Shown: positions 13,723-22,102 of the stretch, piece by piece
Layout of the letters: every line of letters begins with the position of its first letter
How positions within the stretch are numbered: position 1 is the first letter of the stretch
DNA from: Candidatus Methanophagales archaeon
Lineage (GTDB): Archaea > Halobacteriota > Syntropharchaeia > Alkanophagales > Methanospirareceae
Reading direction: 5' to 3'
Assembly (NCBI GenBank): GCA_021161765.1
Contig: JAGGZZ010000081.1
Coordinates: forward strand, 1 to 39,404
Length of the DNA stretch: 39,404 nt
Program-made: the position numbers and the translations under genes
The notes under the pieces: generated by a model
What the model was told of the DNA's origin: nothing
Seen by the model: only the letters and a program-made list of their open reading frames with translations
The model's database searches: none

Positions 13723-16700
13723 CTATGCCCCCTGTGATTCTTCTTCTAATTTAATAGCAGGTATCCAATCATAATAAACTTTGCCATTTGTGTCAATGAA
13801 CTCATTGCAAGTGATTGTCCCTGCTCCGCTAGCTACTTCTAACTCATCCGTGTGCCAAATCTGCGGATACGAGCCAGTGCGGATGGTGTAGTTGTATTTT
13901 TCGTTGGCGACAAGCGTGAAAGACTTGTTAAAGGATATGTTATGCCAGTCTCCCTTGTAGCCGTTCCAGGTTGCGTTTACATCCAACGTGGAGTTCCATA
14001 TCCTTGCGTATTCGGTATGCCCGCCCGTGCCTGCGCAGGGATAGGTGTAAAGTTTGTTCACGGTGATTGTTTGGCTTGGCGTGATTGTGCCGTTGTGCGT
14101 GCCGAAGATGCTCGGGTATGGATTTACTGGCTCACCCATGTCAAAAATATTTTCCACTTTTATCCAACCATTAGGATCTTCAAATGGATAATGATCTATG
14201 CTGTCTGCATCGATATAATAAGGTTCGCTTCCATTACTTGGATTCCCAGTGCAGACATGGTCGCTCCAATAGTTTCCTCCTGAAGGATAGCCGTTGTCCC
14301 AAGAATTAATGTTACCATTGTCAAATGCTTGATTAGTGTTGTTTATGATGTTATTGTGGTAGATGAAATTGTTGTCAGATGTGCCTATGAGTATACCAAC
14401 ACAGTTATTTGAAGCATCGTTATTCTCAATCGTATTAAATTCGGAGCCTTCAATTAATAGAATACCAATACTTGCCATATCTTCCTCTTCAAAGCCAGTG
14501 TTGTTGCTGGCAGTGTTATTAATTATATTGTTGTCACAAGATTCCGCTATGAATATGCCAAAGTAGTTGTTCGAGGCTTCATTATTCTCAATCATATTAA
14601 ACTCAGAGCCTTCAACCAATAGAACACCTGTACTCGGTGGTATGTCATCATTTCCCTCAAAACCGGTATTGTTATTAGCGATGTTGCTGATTATTTTATT
14701 GTAAGATGAACTTGCAAGAATTATTCCAAAGTCATTATTTGAAGCGTTGTTGTTGGTCAATGTGTTGTTTACAGATTCAACTATGAATATGCCTAAGTAG
14801 TTGTTCGTGGCAGTGTTAGTTTTCACTGTATTCTGATCAGAATTGCCCAATAAAATGCCACTGCTTGGTGGCGCATCATCGCCTTCGAAACCAGTGTTGT
14901 TGTCAGCGATGTTGTTACTAATGGTGTTATTGCCACAAGATTCGGCTATGAATATGCCAAAGTAGTTGTTCGAAGCAGTATTATTTTCTATTTTGTTATG
15001 ATCGGAATAATCTAATAGAATAATACCGCTGCTTGGAGAATCATCGGAATCGGTATTATTTTCTGCAATATTTTTTTCTATCGTGATGTAAGACGATCTT
15101 TCAAGGTATATACCGTGGCTATTATTCGAAGCATCGTTATTGCTTAAAGTGCTATTACTCGATGAATCTAAGCGGACTCCAGCGCCACGATTTGAATTTA
15201 TTATATTATTTATGATAGTTGCAGAAGAATAGTCACAGTAGATGCCACATTCGCTGTTTAAGATTATATTGTTATTTCTTATGATTGGAGAAGAATCCCT
15301 GCTATAAACACCTTCATCACCATTTGATGATATCGTATTATTTGCAACGATTGGGTTAGAGGAGTAATGAAACGAAATGCCAGCACGCAGGTTCGACGTT
15401 ATATTATTGTTGGTGATGGGTGGGGCGGAATAATAACAGCAGATTCCATTTTCAGTGTTTGATGATATTGTATTATTGGCAATGATTGGATTGGAAGAAT
15501 CGCAGCCTATACCGTCATCATTATTTGATAATATAGTATTGTTATCAATAGTTGGGGACGAATGGTCACAGCCTACACCACCACCATTATTGTGGGATAT
15601 ATTGTTGTTGCAAATATTCGGGTCAGAAAAATGTTTACATAGGATGCCAGCATCTTCGTTTGAAGTTATGGTGTTGTTTGTGACGATTCCACTTGAAAAG
15701 TCTTCATAAACGATGCCCTCGTCGGTGTTATTTGATATCGTGTTATTAGTAATTGTTACATTGGAAGATGATTTTAAAGCAATGCCACGCCGATGGTTAT
15801 CTGTTATTTTGTTTCCGGAAATTAATGTATTGCTGGAAGGATTTGCCCAAATCCCATCTTTTTCATTGAGTGATATCATGTTATTAATGATGGTGAGATA
15901 CGAGGAATATGCACCGATGCCAAAATTACTATTGTTTTGCAATATATTACCCTCAATGGTTACATTGGTTGAAAAATTCCACACGTTAATCCCATCATCG
16001 TGATTATCTGCTATCCTATTTCCGTAAATCACTACATCAACTGAAGATCCTAAACCAATGCCATGATCAGTATTGTTTGTTATTGTATTGCCAGCAATAA
16101 ATAATAGGGAAGACGAATCACACCAGATGCCACGACTATTATTTGAAACAGTGTTATTTATTAGAGTGTTGTTGTTGCTGAAACCCACACAAATACCACC
16201 ACCCTCGTTATTCCAGTTTACGATGTTATTAATTACTTTATTATCGTTACTATTAGACATCACCAGTACACCTTCATCGCTGTTATAGGATACATTATTG
16301 CTGGCTATTGTATTATTATTGGCGGAATTCAAGACGATGCCTTGATCACTGGTGTTGTAAATAATGTTGCTTGTTATGTTATTGGTGTTCGATAAAACCA
16401 GAGCGATGCCATTTGGAGTGTTGCAAACAGTATTGTTTGTAATCGTGTTATGATTGGAGTTGTATAACCAGATGCCATTGCAACTATTTCTCACTGTAAA
16501 CCCGCTGATTACACAGTCATCAGCATTCACATTTACAACATCTCCACTTCCGCTGCCATCAATAATTGTCGTGTTCCTATCCTCACCTTGGAGTGTCATC
16601 GACTTATCCACAACCACATTCTCAAAGTAAGTCCCATTATAAACAAAAATTGTATCCCCAGCACTTGCATTATCCACCGCCCACTGTATCTTTGCATAAT

Positions 16701-16797
16701 TGTCAGGCACGTAAATCGTTGCACTCGCAACCCCGCTCACGCAAACGAACAAAGCAAATCCAATCACCAAAACAAATATCAAATTAATCTTCTTCAT
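13723..16797 (-). CDS. Secreted right-handed beta-helix (PbH1/NosD-like repeat) surface protein, 1024 aa
   Basis: There is an N-terminal signal peptide (MKKINLIFVLVIGFALFVCVSGVASA). Dozens of NNT(I/A)SNN..GI turns follow, with about 44-aa higher-order modules (NNTGFEG(D/N)D..PPS.G(I/V)LL...). A NosD-like end (GGNYWSD...DHYPF) precedes an extra C-terminal domain of about 180 aa. N-x-S/T sequons are abundant. Confidence 0.85.
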   Translation of the reverse strand: MKKINLIFVLVIGFALFVCVSGVASATIYVPDNYAKIQWAVDNASAGDTIFVYNGTYFENVVVDKSMTLQGEDRNTTIIDGSGSGDVVNVNADDCVISGFTVRNSCNGIWLYNSNHNTITNNTVCNTPNGIALVLSNTNNITSNIIYNTSDQGIVLNSANNNTIASNNVSYNSDEGVLVMSNSNDNKVINNIVNWNNEGGGICVGFSNNNTLINNTVSNNSRGIWCDSSSLLFIAGNTITNNTDHGIGLGSSVDVVIYGNRIADNHDDGINVWNFSTNVTIEGNILQNNSNFGIGAYSSYLTIINNMISLNEKDGIWANPSSNTLISGNKITDNHRRGIALKSSSNVTITNNTISNNTDEGIVYEDFSSGIVTNNTITSNEDAGILCKHFSDPNICNNNISHNNGGGVGCDHSSPTIDNNTILSNNDDGIGCDSSNPIIANNTISSNTENGICCYYSAPPITNNNITSNLRAGISFHYSSNPIVANNTISSNGDEGVYSRDSSPIIRNNNIILNSECGIYCDYSSATIINNIINSNRGAGVRLDSSSNSTLSNNDASNNSHGIYLERSSYITIEKNIAENNTDSDDSPSSGIILLDYSDHNKIENNTASNNYFGIFIAESCGNNTISNNIADNNTGFEGDDAPPSSGILLGNSDQNTVKTNTATNNYLGIFIVESVNNTLTNNNASNNDFGIILASSSYNKIISNIANNNTGFEGNDDIPPSTGVLLVEGSEFNMIENNEASNNYFGIFIAESCDNNIINNTASNNTGFEEEDMASIGILLIEGSEFNTIENNDASNNCVGILIGTSDNNFIYHNNIINNTNQAFDNGNINSWDNGYPSGGNYWSDHVCTGNPSNGSEPYYIDADSIDHYPFEDPNGWIKVENIFDMGEPVNPYPSIFGTHNGTITPSQTITVNKLYTYPCAGTGGHTEYARIWNSTLDVNATWNGYKGDWHNISFNKSFTLVANEKYNYTIRTGSYPQIWHTDELEVASGAGTITCNEFIDTNGKVYYDWIPAIKLEEESQGA
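13741..13758 (-). promoter_or_regulatory. Promoter-like TTAAATTAGAAGAAG box for rps24e embedded in the last codons of the beta-helix gene
   Basis: The minus strand reads GCTATTAAATTAGAAGAA about 40 nt upstream of the rps24e ATG. It resembles the TTAAATAGAAGGAAG end of the repeat family. Only 16 nt separate the two genes. Confidence 0.35.
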
Positions 16798-16856
16798 ACT
16801 TCAACCCCCTCCAAATCCATAACCCTCACCCTATTTCTCCTCTTCATCGCTTATCC

Positions 16857-17225
16857 CTATCCCTTTATCCTCTCAACGCACGCACCCGAATCGAACATAA
16901 TCTCAACACCTGAGTTCCCCAACTCCTCATTAACTTCAGGATGGTCAAAATCCTCTTTGTCTTCTGTGTAAAATATTTTACACAATTCTGCGTGATGTTC
17001 AGTCTGCGATATTTGCCCAAGCAATGACAAAGCCTCATCAATTCTCTCTGCACGCTTTATGAGTTTCCTGTTCAAAGAGCCATCCGCCTCATAGAATGAA
17101 TATTCTGGAACGGCAATATCAATTTTCTCCGTTCGTGCAAGCCTCATTAGATACGCAGATGTAGAATCTTGCACCAGTACAAGGTTTTCCAGCCAATTAG
17201 TCTCAGCTATCAGTAGAACTCGCAT
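16857..17225 (-). CDS. Small acidic protein, weakly PIN-like; downstream partner of an overlapping two-gene cassette
   Basis: The translation MRVLLIAETNWL...IDIAVPEYSFYEADG resembles the first two PIN motifs, but with Glu for the first Asp and no clear C-terminal motifs. I chose the start at ATG 17225. Confidence 0.3.
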   Translation of the reverse strand: MRVLLIAETNWLENLVLVQDSTSAYLMRLARTEKIDIAVPEYSFYEADGSLNRKLIKRAERIDEALSLLGQISQTEHHAELCKIFYTEDKEDFDHPEVNEELGNSGVEIMFDSGACVERIKG

Positions 17226-17355
17226 GCTTTCTTTTCTTCTTGTACTCTGCAACCGCTTCAGGGACTATATCCTTCAAAGCACCCCAAACCTTTCTTATTT
17301 CAGGATCTTTTAATACCTCTTTTCGCATTTCTTCTTCTGTAAGTTTTTTAGCCAT
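17203..17355 (-). CDS. 50-aa Lys/Glu-rich protein (antitoxin-like position)
   Basis: The translation is MAKKLTEEEMRKEVLKDPEIRKVWGALKDIVPEAVAEYKKKRKHASSTDS. A GGAGGT Shine-Dalgarno sequence lies 8 nt upstream. It overlaps the next ORF by 23 nt and is below the track cut-off. Confidence 0.4.
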   Translation of the reverse strand: MAKKLTEEEMRKEVLKDPEIRKVWGALKDIVPEAVAEYKKKRKHASSTDS

Positions 17356-17400
17356 TTTTTCTACCTCCTATAAAAGTTGTATTTTTTTCTTTTGTTTTTG

Positions 17401-17507
17401 TATATAAAGTATAACCACCTTCTACTTAAGACACAGATTTACACGGATTTACACGGCACGGACTTATTTATTTAATCTTGTGTTAATCTCGTGAAATCTT
17501 GTGGTTT
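17401..17507 (-). repeat. Composite intergenic element, copy D
   Basis: The minus strand reads AACCACAAGATTTCACGAGATTAACACAAGATT...GTGTAAATCCGTGTAAATCTGTGTCTTAAGTAGAAGGTGGTTATACTTTATATA. It lies between the PaREP1 3' end and the small cassette. Confidence 0.85.
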
Positions 17508-17522
17508 AGGTTTTTTTATCTT

Positions 17523-17906
17523 TCACCTCCTCCCCTCCTCAATCTTCTCAATGTAATATTTGAGGTCATCCAATCGTATCTGAACCTCATCGAAATCCAA
17601 TGACCGCTCATAGTAGCATTCTATATGCAGGTTATCCCGTAGCGAGAAATATAACCATTCAAGCTCCTTTTCCACATATCTGTACACCATGCGTCTTCTC
17701 CCCCAATCTGTTCTGTGCAACTCCTCTTCTTTTACTCCTTTTTTGACCAAGAGTGCGTAAGTGGCTTCTATCGCAGAAAGCCAACCCTTTGCGCAGGCAT
17801 CACACAGAAAAATACGGTCGTTCTTCTCCCTCGCTATTTCAAACTCCTCTACTGCTTTTCGATACAATTTCTTTGCATCTTCCAAATGCAATTGCTCTGA
17901 AGCCAT
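17523..17906 (-). CDS. PaREP1-family (HEPN-like four-helix) protein, copy 1
   Basis: The 127-aa product follows the pattern ...A.KGWLSAIEATYALLVKKG....H......R.........L.....LR..LHIECYY, typical of the archaeal PaREP1 family. Confidence 0.6.
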   Translation of the reverse strand: MASEQLHLEDAKKLYRKAVEEFEIAREKNDRIFLCDACAKGWLSAIEATYALLVKKGVKEEELHRTDWGRRRMVYRYVEKELEWLYFSLRDNLHIECYYERSLDFDEVQIRLDDLKYYIEKIEEGRR

Positions 17907-18034
17907 TTTATTTCCCCTCCCTATTATCTATCCAAATATCCAAAATTAAGCAGTTCGCTTCATTTTCTCTCTCTTCTAAATATCTTCTTCTGCGTATAAA
18001 AAGCTTTTTGATTGCTTTCGCTTTTATTTATTAT

Positions 18035-18427
18035 TCACCTTCTTACTTCCTTTAACTCTTCTACCTCATCAATGTAATATCTAAGGTCATTCAAATGTAT
18101 CTGAACCTCATCGAAATCCAATGACCGCTCATAGTAGCATTCTATATGCAGATTATCCCGCAACGAAAAATAATACAATTTAAGCTCCTTCCCCGCATAT
18201 CTGTACACCATGCGTCTCCTCCCCCAATCTGTTCTGAGCAACTCCTCTTCTTTTACTCCTTTTTTGAGCACGAGTGCGTAAGTAGCTTCTACTGCAGCAA
18301 GCCAACCCTTTGCACAGGCATCGCACAGAAAAACACGGTCGTTCTTCTCCCTCGCTATCTCAAACTCCTCTACCGCTTTTCGATACAATTTCTTTGCATC
18401 TTCCAAATGCAATTGCTCTTCGCTCAT
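18035..18427 (-). CDS. PaREP1-family (HEPN-like) protein, copy 2
   Basis: The 130-aa product is near-identical to copy 1 over most of its length at both DNA and protein level. Confidence 0.6.
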   Translation of the reverse strand: MSEEQLHLEDAKKLYRKAVEEFEIAREKNDRVFLCDACAKGWLAAVEATYALVLKKGVKEEELLRTDWGRRRMVYRYAGKELKLYYFSLRDNLHIECYYERSLDFDEVQIHLNDLRYYIDEVEELKEVRR

Positions 18428-18435
18428 TCTTCTTT

Positions 18436-18621
18436 TTACCTCACTTTCAACGCATACTTTCCTTCTTTTTTATACCCTAATCTCTTCGCTATCTCTGACC
18501 CTTCTGCATCTATAATCACTACATACCCGCTCCAGTCCGTACTGATTGAATTGGAGCCGCATTTGCATACCGATTTTCCCGTTTCAATTATCCTGCGACA
18601 CTCTCTGCACGCTTTCTCCAT
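18436..18621 (-). CDS. spt4: Transcription elongation factor Spt4 / RNA polymerase subunit E''
   Basis: The 61-aa product has a CRECRRIIETGKSVCKCGS zinc ribbon followed by a W-G-x-VVII motif. It lies downstream of rpoE'. Confidence 0.75.
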   Translation of the reverse strand: MEKACRECRRIIETGKSVCKCGSNSISTDWSGYVVIIDAEGSEIAKRLGYKKEGKYALKVR

Positions 18622-18721
18622 AACTCTTTTTCTTTTTTACAAAAAACTTTTTTGCTTCGCAAAAACCTTTACTAAAAATAATCGTTTCTTTGGTAAAGCT
18701 TTCTTTTTTGAATTTTTATTA

Positions 18722-18856
18722 TATAATTAAAGTATAACTTCCTTGTATTTAAGACACAGATTTACACTGATTTACGCAGATTTGTTTTTAGTTTAACCGT
18801 GTTGATTCTTATCATCTGTGTTAACCTGCGTTAATCCGTGTCAACGATTTATTTTT
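18722..18856 (-). repeat. Composite intergenic element, copy E (between rpoE' and spt4)
   Basis: The minus strand reads GAAAAAATAAATCGTTGACACGGATTAACGCAGGTTAACACAGATGATAAGAATCAACACGGTTAAACTAAAAACAAATCTGCGTAAATCAGTGTAAATCTGTGTCTTAAATACAAGGAAG. Its first 16 nt are the last codons and stop of rpoE'. Confidence 0.9.
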
Positions 18857-19422
18857 TCTTGTTCCCCTTTCTTCTCTTTCTCCCGCTCTTCTTCTATCCA
18901 CTCTAATTTACCCAAACCCGGCTGCCGCATTGTTAATCCTATCTTACTATCCCCCGGGTCCATTTCATTTAGCGAAATCGCAACTATTCGTGCTCTTAAC
19001 TTATCCCCCTCTCCTAATGTCTTGCCCGTATCCTTGGTAACGAGCTTTTCGCCCTTCTCATCATACGAAATATATTCGTCGGTAATCTGACTGATGTGCA
19101 GCAATCCATCTAACGGACCTATCGCCACAAAAGCGCCAAATGCTACTATCTCTACTACTTCTCCTTCTACTATCTCCTGCATCTTGGGCTTGAAAACGAG
19201 CATATCAAATACCGTTTCGTAATAGACGCCACTGTCTCCTATTATTATCCTCCCTTCTTTCATATCTACAACGTCCAGTATTGCAATGACCATCCCGATC
19301 TTCTTATCCATCCGGCCTTCCAGGTTATCTTGTAACACCTCTTTTACCGTAGGTCGCAGTTCATCACCCAATCGCTCTGGTGGCACCCTTACCACATCAA
19401 TCGCTCTTATCTTCGTATACAT
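18841..19422 (-). CDS. rpoE: DNA-directed RNA polymerase subunit E' (Rpb7 homolog)
   Basis: The 193-aa product has an Rpb7-like N-domain plus an S1 domain (GEVVEIVAFGAFVAIGPLDGLLHISQI). Confidence 0.85.
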   Translation of the reverse strand: MYTKIRAIDVVRVPPERLGDELRPTVKEVLQDNLEGRMDKKIGMVIAILDVVDMKEGRIIIGDSGVYYETVFDMLVFKPKMQEIVEGEVVEIVAFGAFVAIGPLDGLLHISQITDEYISYDEKGEKLVTKDTGKTLGEGDKLRARIVAISLNEMDPGDSKIGLTMRQPGLGKLEWIEEEREKEKKGEQEKINR

Positions 19423-19477
19423 TTCTGTTTACCCTTTCTTCTCATTTTTTATTGTATATTATGAAGTTACAAATAAC

Positions 19478-19588
19478 GTCCTTCTATTTAAGACACAGAT
19501 TTACACGGACTTATTTAAGATTAACATTGTTGATTTTATCATTCGTCTGTGTTAATCTGCGTTAATCTGTGTCTATAATTTATTTTCT
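19478..19588 (-). repeat. Composite intergenic element, copy F (between ppsA and rpoE')
   Basis: The minus strand reads ATAGAAAATAAATTATAGACACAGATTAACGCAGATTAACACAGACGAATGATAAAATCAACAATGTTAATC...GTCCGTGTAAATCTGTGTCTTAAATAGAAGGAC. Its first 16 nt encode the ppsA C-terminus and stop. Confidence 0.9.
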
Positions 19589-22008
19589 ATCCTTTTCTCC
19601 ACCTCTGCTATAGCTAACCGCGTTGGTATTACTGCATCAGAATTCAACGACATTGAATCTATCCCGCATTCTACCAGGAACTCCGCAAATTCAGGGAAAT
19701 CGCTCGGCGCCTGTCCACAAATCCCTACCTTTCTCCTCGGCTTGTGCGCATGCGCAACTTCTATTACCTGCTTCACCAGCCTCTTCACCGCTTCGTTCCG
19801 CTCGTCAAATAAGCGTGCCACGAGGTCTGAATCCCTATCCAAACCCAGTGTCAGTTGTGTCAGGTCATTCGACCCTATGCTGAATCCGTCAAACACGTCC
19901 GCAAATTCATCCGCCAAAATGACGTTCGAGGGGATTTCACACATCACGTACACTTCCAATCCATTCTCTCCCTGTTTCAATCCAAATTCGTTCAGGGTCT
20001 TTATTACTTCTCTACCCTCCTCGGGCGTTCTGCAGAACGGAACCATCACCTTAACATTGGTCAGCCCCATCTCTTCCCTCACTTTCTTTATCGCCCGGCA
20101 TTCTAACCCAAATGCCGGCTTGTATTTATCGTCATAATAACGCGAAGCACCTCTCCAGCCTATCATTGGATTACTCTCCTCCGGCTCGTAAAGATACCCG
20201 CCGATTAAATTTGCATACTCGTTTGTCTTGAAGTCCGATAATCGCACTAACACCTCATTGGGATAAAATCCCGCCGCTATCTTCCCTATTCCCCGCGCTA
20301 AGTTATCCACGAAAAATTCTACTTTGTCCCTATATGAGGCGCTTCTCTTGTCTATCTCTTTAACTACTCTCGCTATCTTCCTGTCTTCCTCCTCTGTCGC
20401 CCTTTTCTTTAATTCATCGTATTCTATCAGCGCCAGAGGGTGTATGCCGATATAAGAATTAATTATGAATTCCTCTCGCGCTAAACCCACGCCATCATTA
20501 GGAATTTGACCGTGAACAAATGCGTTCTCGGGAACCCCCGCATTCATCATTATCCGGGTGCGTGGTCTTGGAAGCTTGTCCAGTGTCAGTTTTTCCGTTC
20601 TGTATTTCAACTTCCCTTCGTATATTCTTCCTACGCCTTCTGAACAATCTACCGTAACGTCTTTTACGCCTTTTAACGCCCTTGTCCCCTTAACCGTACC
20701 AACGACACAGGGTATTCCAAGTTCGCGAGAAATTATAGCGGCATGGCAGGTTCTTCCACCTCTATTGGTAATTATCGCACCTGCCACTTTCATTATCGGT
20801 TCCCAATCCGGGTCCGTCATGTTAGTAACCAGAACCTGCCCGGGCTTGAACTCATGGATGTCGCGGGTGTTTTCTATTGTAATTACCTCGCCATATCCAA
20901 TTTTAGTGCCTACTGCCTCTCCTTCGACCAGCAGCCGCCCTTGCGCCTTTAGCAACTCCCTGTCCTCTTCAAGCACGTATGTCTCAGCCACCGCAACGTT
21001 TTTTTGCGAATGCACCGTTTCCGGTCTCGCTTGAACCACGAAAAGCTCATTGGTTCTTCCATCTTTTGCCCATTCGATGTCCACCGGCGTACCATAGTGG
21101 TCTTCTATAATACAAGCCCACCTTGCGAGTGTAAGCACCTCATCGTCAGTCAGCACAAACTCCCTTTGCTGTGCTTTTTCAACTTTTTTCTGTTTGGTTC
21201 CCGTTCCTTTTTCTTTGTAAACCAGTTTCTTCCTCTTTGTCCCCAGTTTCTTCTCCACAATCGGTCTAAATCCTTCCTTTAAGGTCGGCTTAAAAACATA
21301 AAACTGGTCTGGATTTACCGTCCCCTGCACGACATTCTCGCCTAAACCGTATGCCCCCGTTATGTAAACCGCATCTCGGAAACCCGATTCTGTATCTATC
21401 GAAAACGTAACTCCGGAGCATGCCAAATCCGAGCGAACCATCTTCTGTACGCCAACTGAGAGATAGACGCTGAGATGGTCAAATCCTTTATCCACTCGAT
21501 AGGATATCGCCCTATTGGTGAATAAAGAAGCGAAGCACTCCATAACCTTTTCCACCAGTTCTTCTTCTCCTCTTACGTTCAGATATGTCTCCTGCTGCCC
21601 CGCGAATGAAGCCGTAGGCAGGTCTTCTGCCGTTGCACTGCTTCTCACCGCCACGTCTGCCCCTGCTCCATATCGCTCTTCCATCTTGCGATAAGCAGTT
21701 CTTATCTCCTCCTCTAACTCTTTCGGACAGCCTGCATTCTTTATCAATGCCCTTATATGGCTGCCTCGCGTGGATAAATTCTCCATATCGTGCGTATCTA
21801 AATCCACCAGCGCATCTCTGATTTTTTCCTGTATACCCGTTTCTTGTAGCAGATACCTGTATGCCTCAGCAGTGATGGCAAAACCAGAAGGAACCGCCAC
21901 CCCTTTTTCACTCAAGTTTCTTATCATTTCCCCAAGAGACGCATTTTTACCGCCTACCAGAGCTACGTCTCCTGTCCCTACCTCTTCAAACCATTTTATG
22001 AATTTCAT
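19573..22008 (-). CDS. ppsA: Phosphoenolpyruvate synthase
   Basis: The 811-aa product has an ATP-grasp N-domain, the phospho-His swivel motif NRGGRTCHAAIISRELGIPCVVG and a PEP-utilising C-domain (FSIGSNDLTQ). Confidence 0.9.
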   Translation of the reverse strand: MKFIKWFEEVGTGDVALVGGKNASLGEMIRNLSEKGVAVPSGFAITAEAYRYLLQETGIQEKIRDALVDLDTHDMENLSTRGSHIRALIKNAGCPKELEEEIRTAYRKMEERYGAGADVAVRSSATAEDLPTASFAGQQETYLNVRGEEELVEKVMECFASLFTNRAISYRVDKGFDHLSVYLSVGVQKMVRSDLACSGVTFSIDTESGFRDAVYITGAYGLGENVVQGTVNPDQFYVFKPTLKEGFRPIVEKKLGTKRKKLVYKEKGTGTKQKKVEKAQQREFVLTDDEVLTLARWACIIEDHYGTPVDIEWAKDGRTNELFVVQARPETVHSQKNVAVAETYVLEEDRELLKAQGRLLVEGEAVGTKIGYGEVITIENTRDIHEFKPGQVLVTNMTDPDWEPIMKVAGAIITNRGGRTCHAAIISRELGIPCVVGTVKGTRALKGVKDVTVDCSEGVGRIYEGKLKYRTEKLTLDKLPRPRTRIMMNAGVPENAFVHGQIPNDGVGLAREEFIINSYIGIHPLALIEYDELKKRATEEEDRKIARVVKEIDKRSASYRDKVEFFVDNLARGIGKIAAGFYPNEVLVRLSDFKTNEYANLIGGYLYEPEESNPMIGWRGASRYYDDKYKPAFGLECRAIKKVREEMGLTNVKVMVPFCRTPEEGREVIKTLNEFGLKQGENGLEVYVMCEIPSNVILADEFADVFDGFSIGSNDLTQLTLGLDRDSDLVARLFDERNEAVKRLVKQVIEVAHAHKPRRKVGICGQAPSDFPEFAEFLVECGIDSMSLNSDAVIPTRLAIAEVEKRIENKL

Positions 22009-22102
22009 GATTTGTCCCTCATTATGCCTATTCGCTAATTAGTATATACACCGATTCTTTTTTTCGTATATAAATAAATAATAATATTTTATACACCTTC
22101 CT

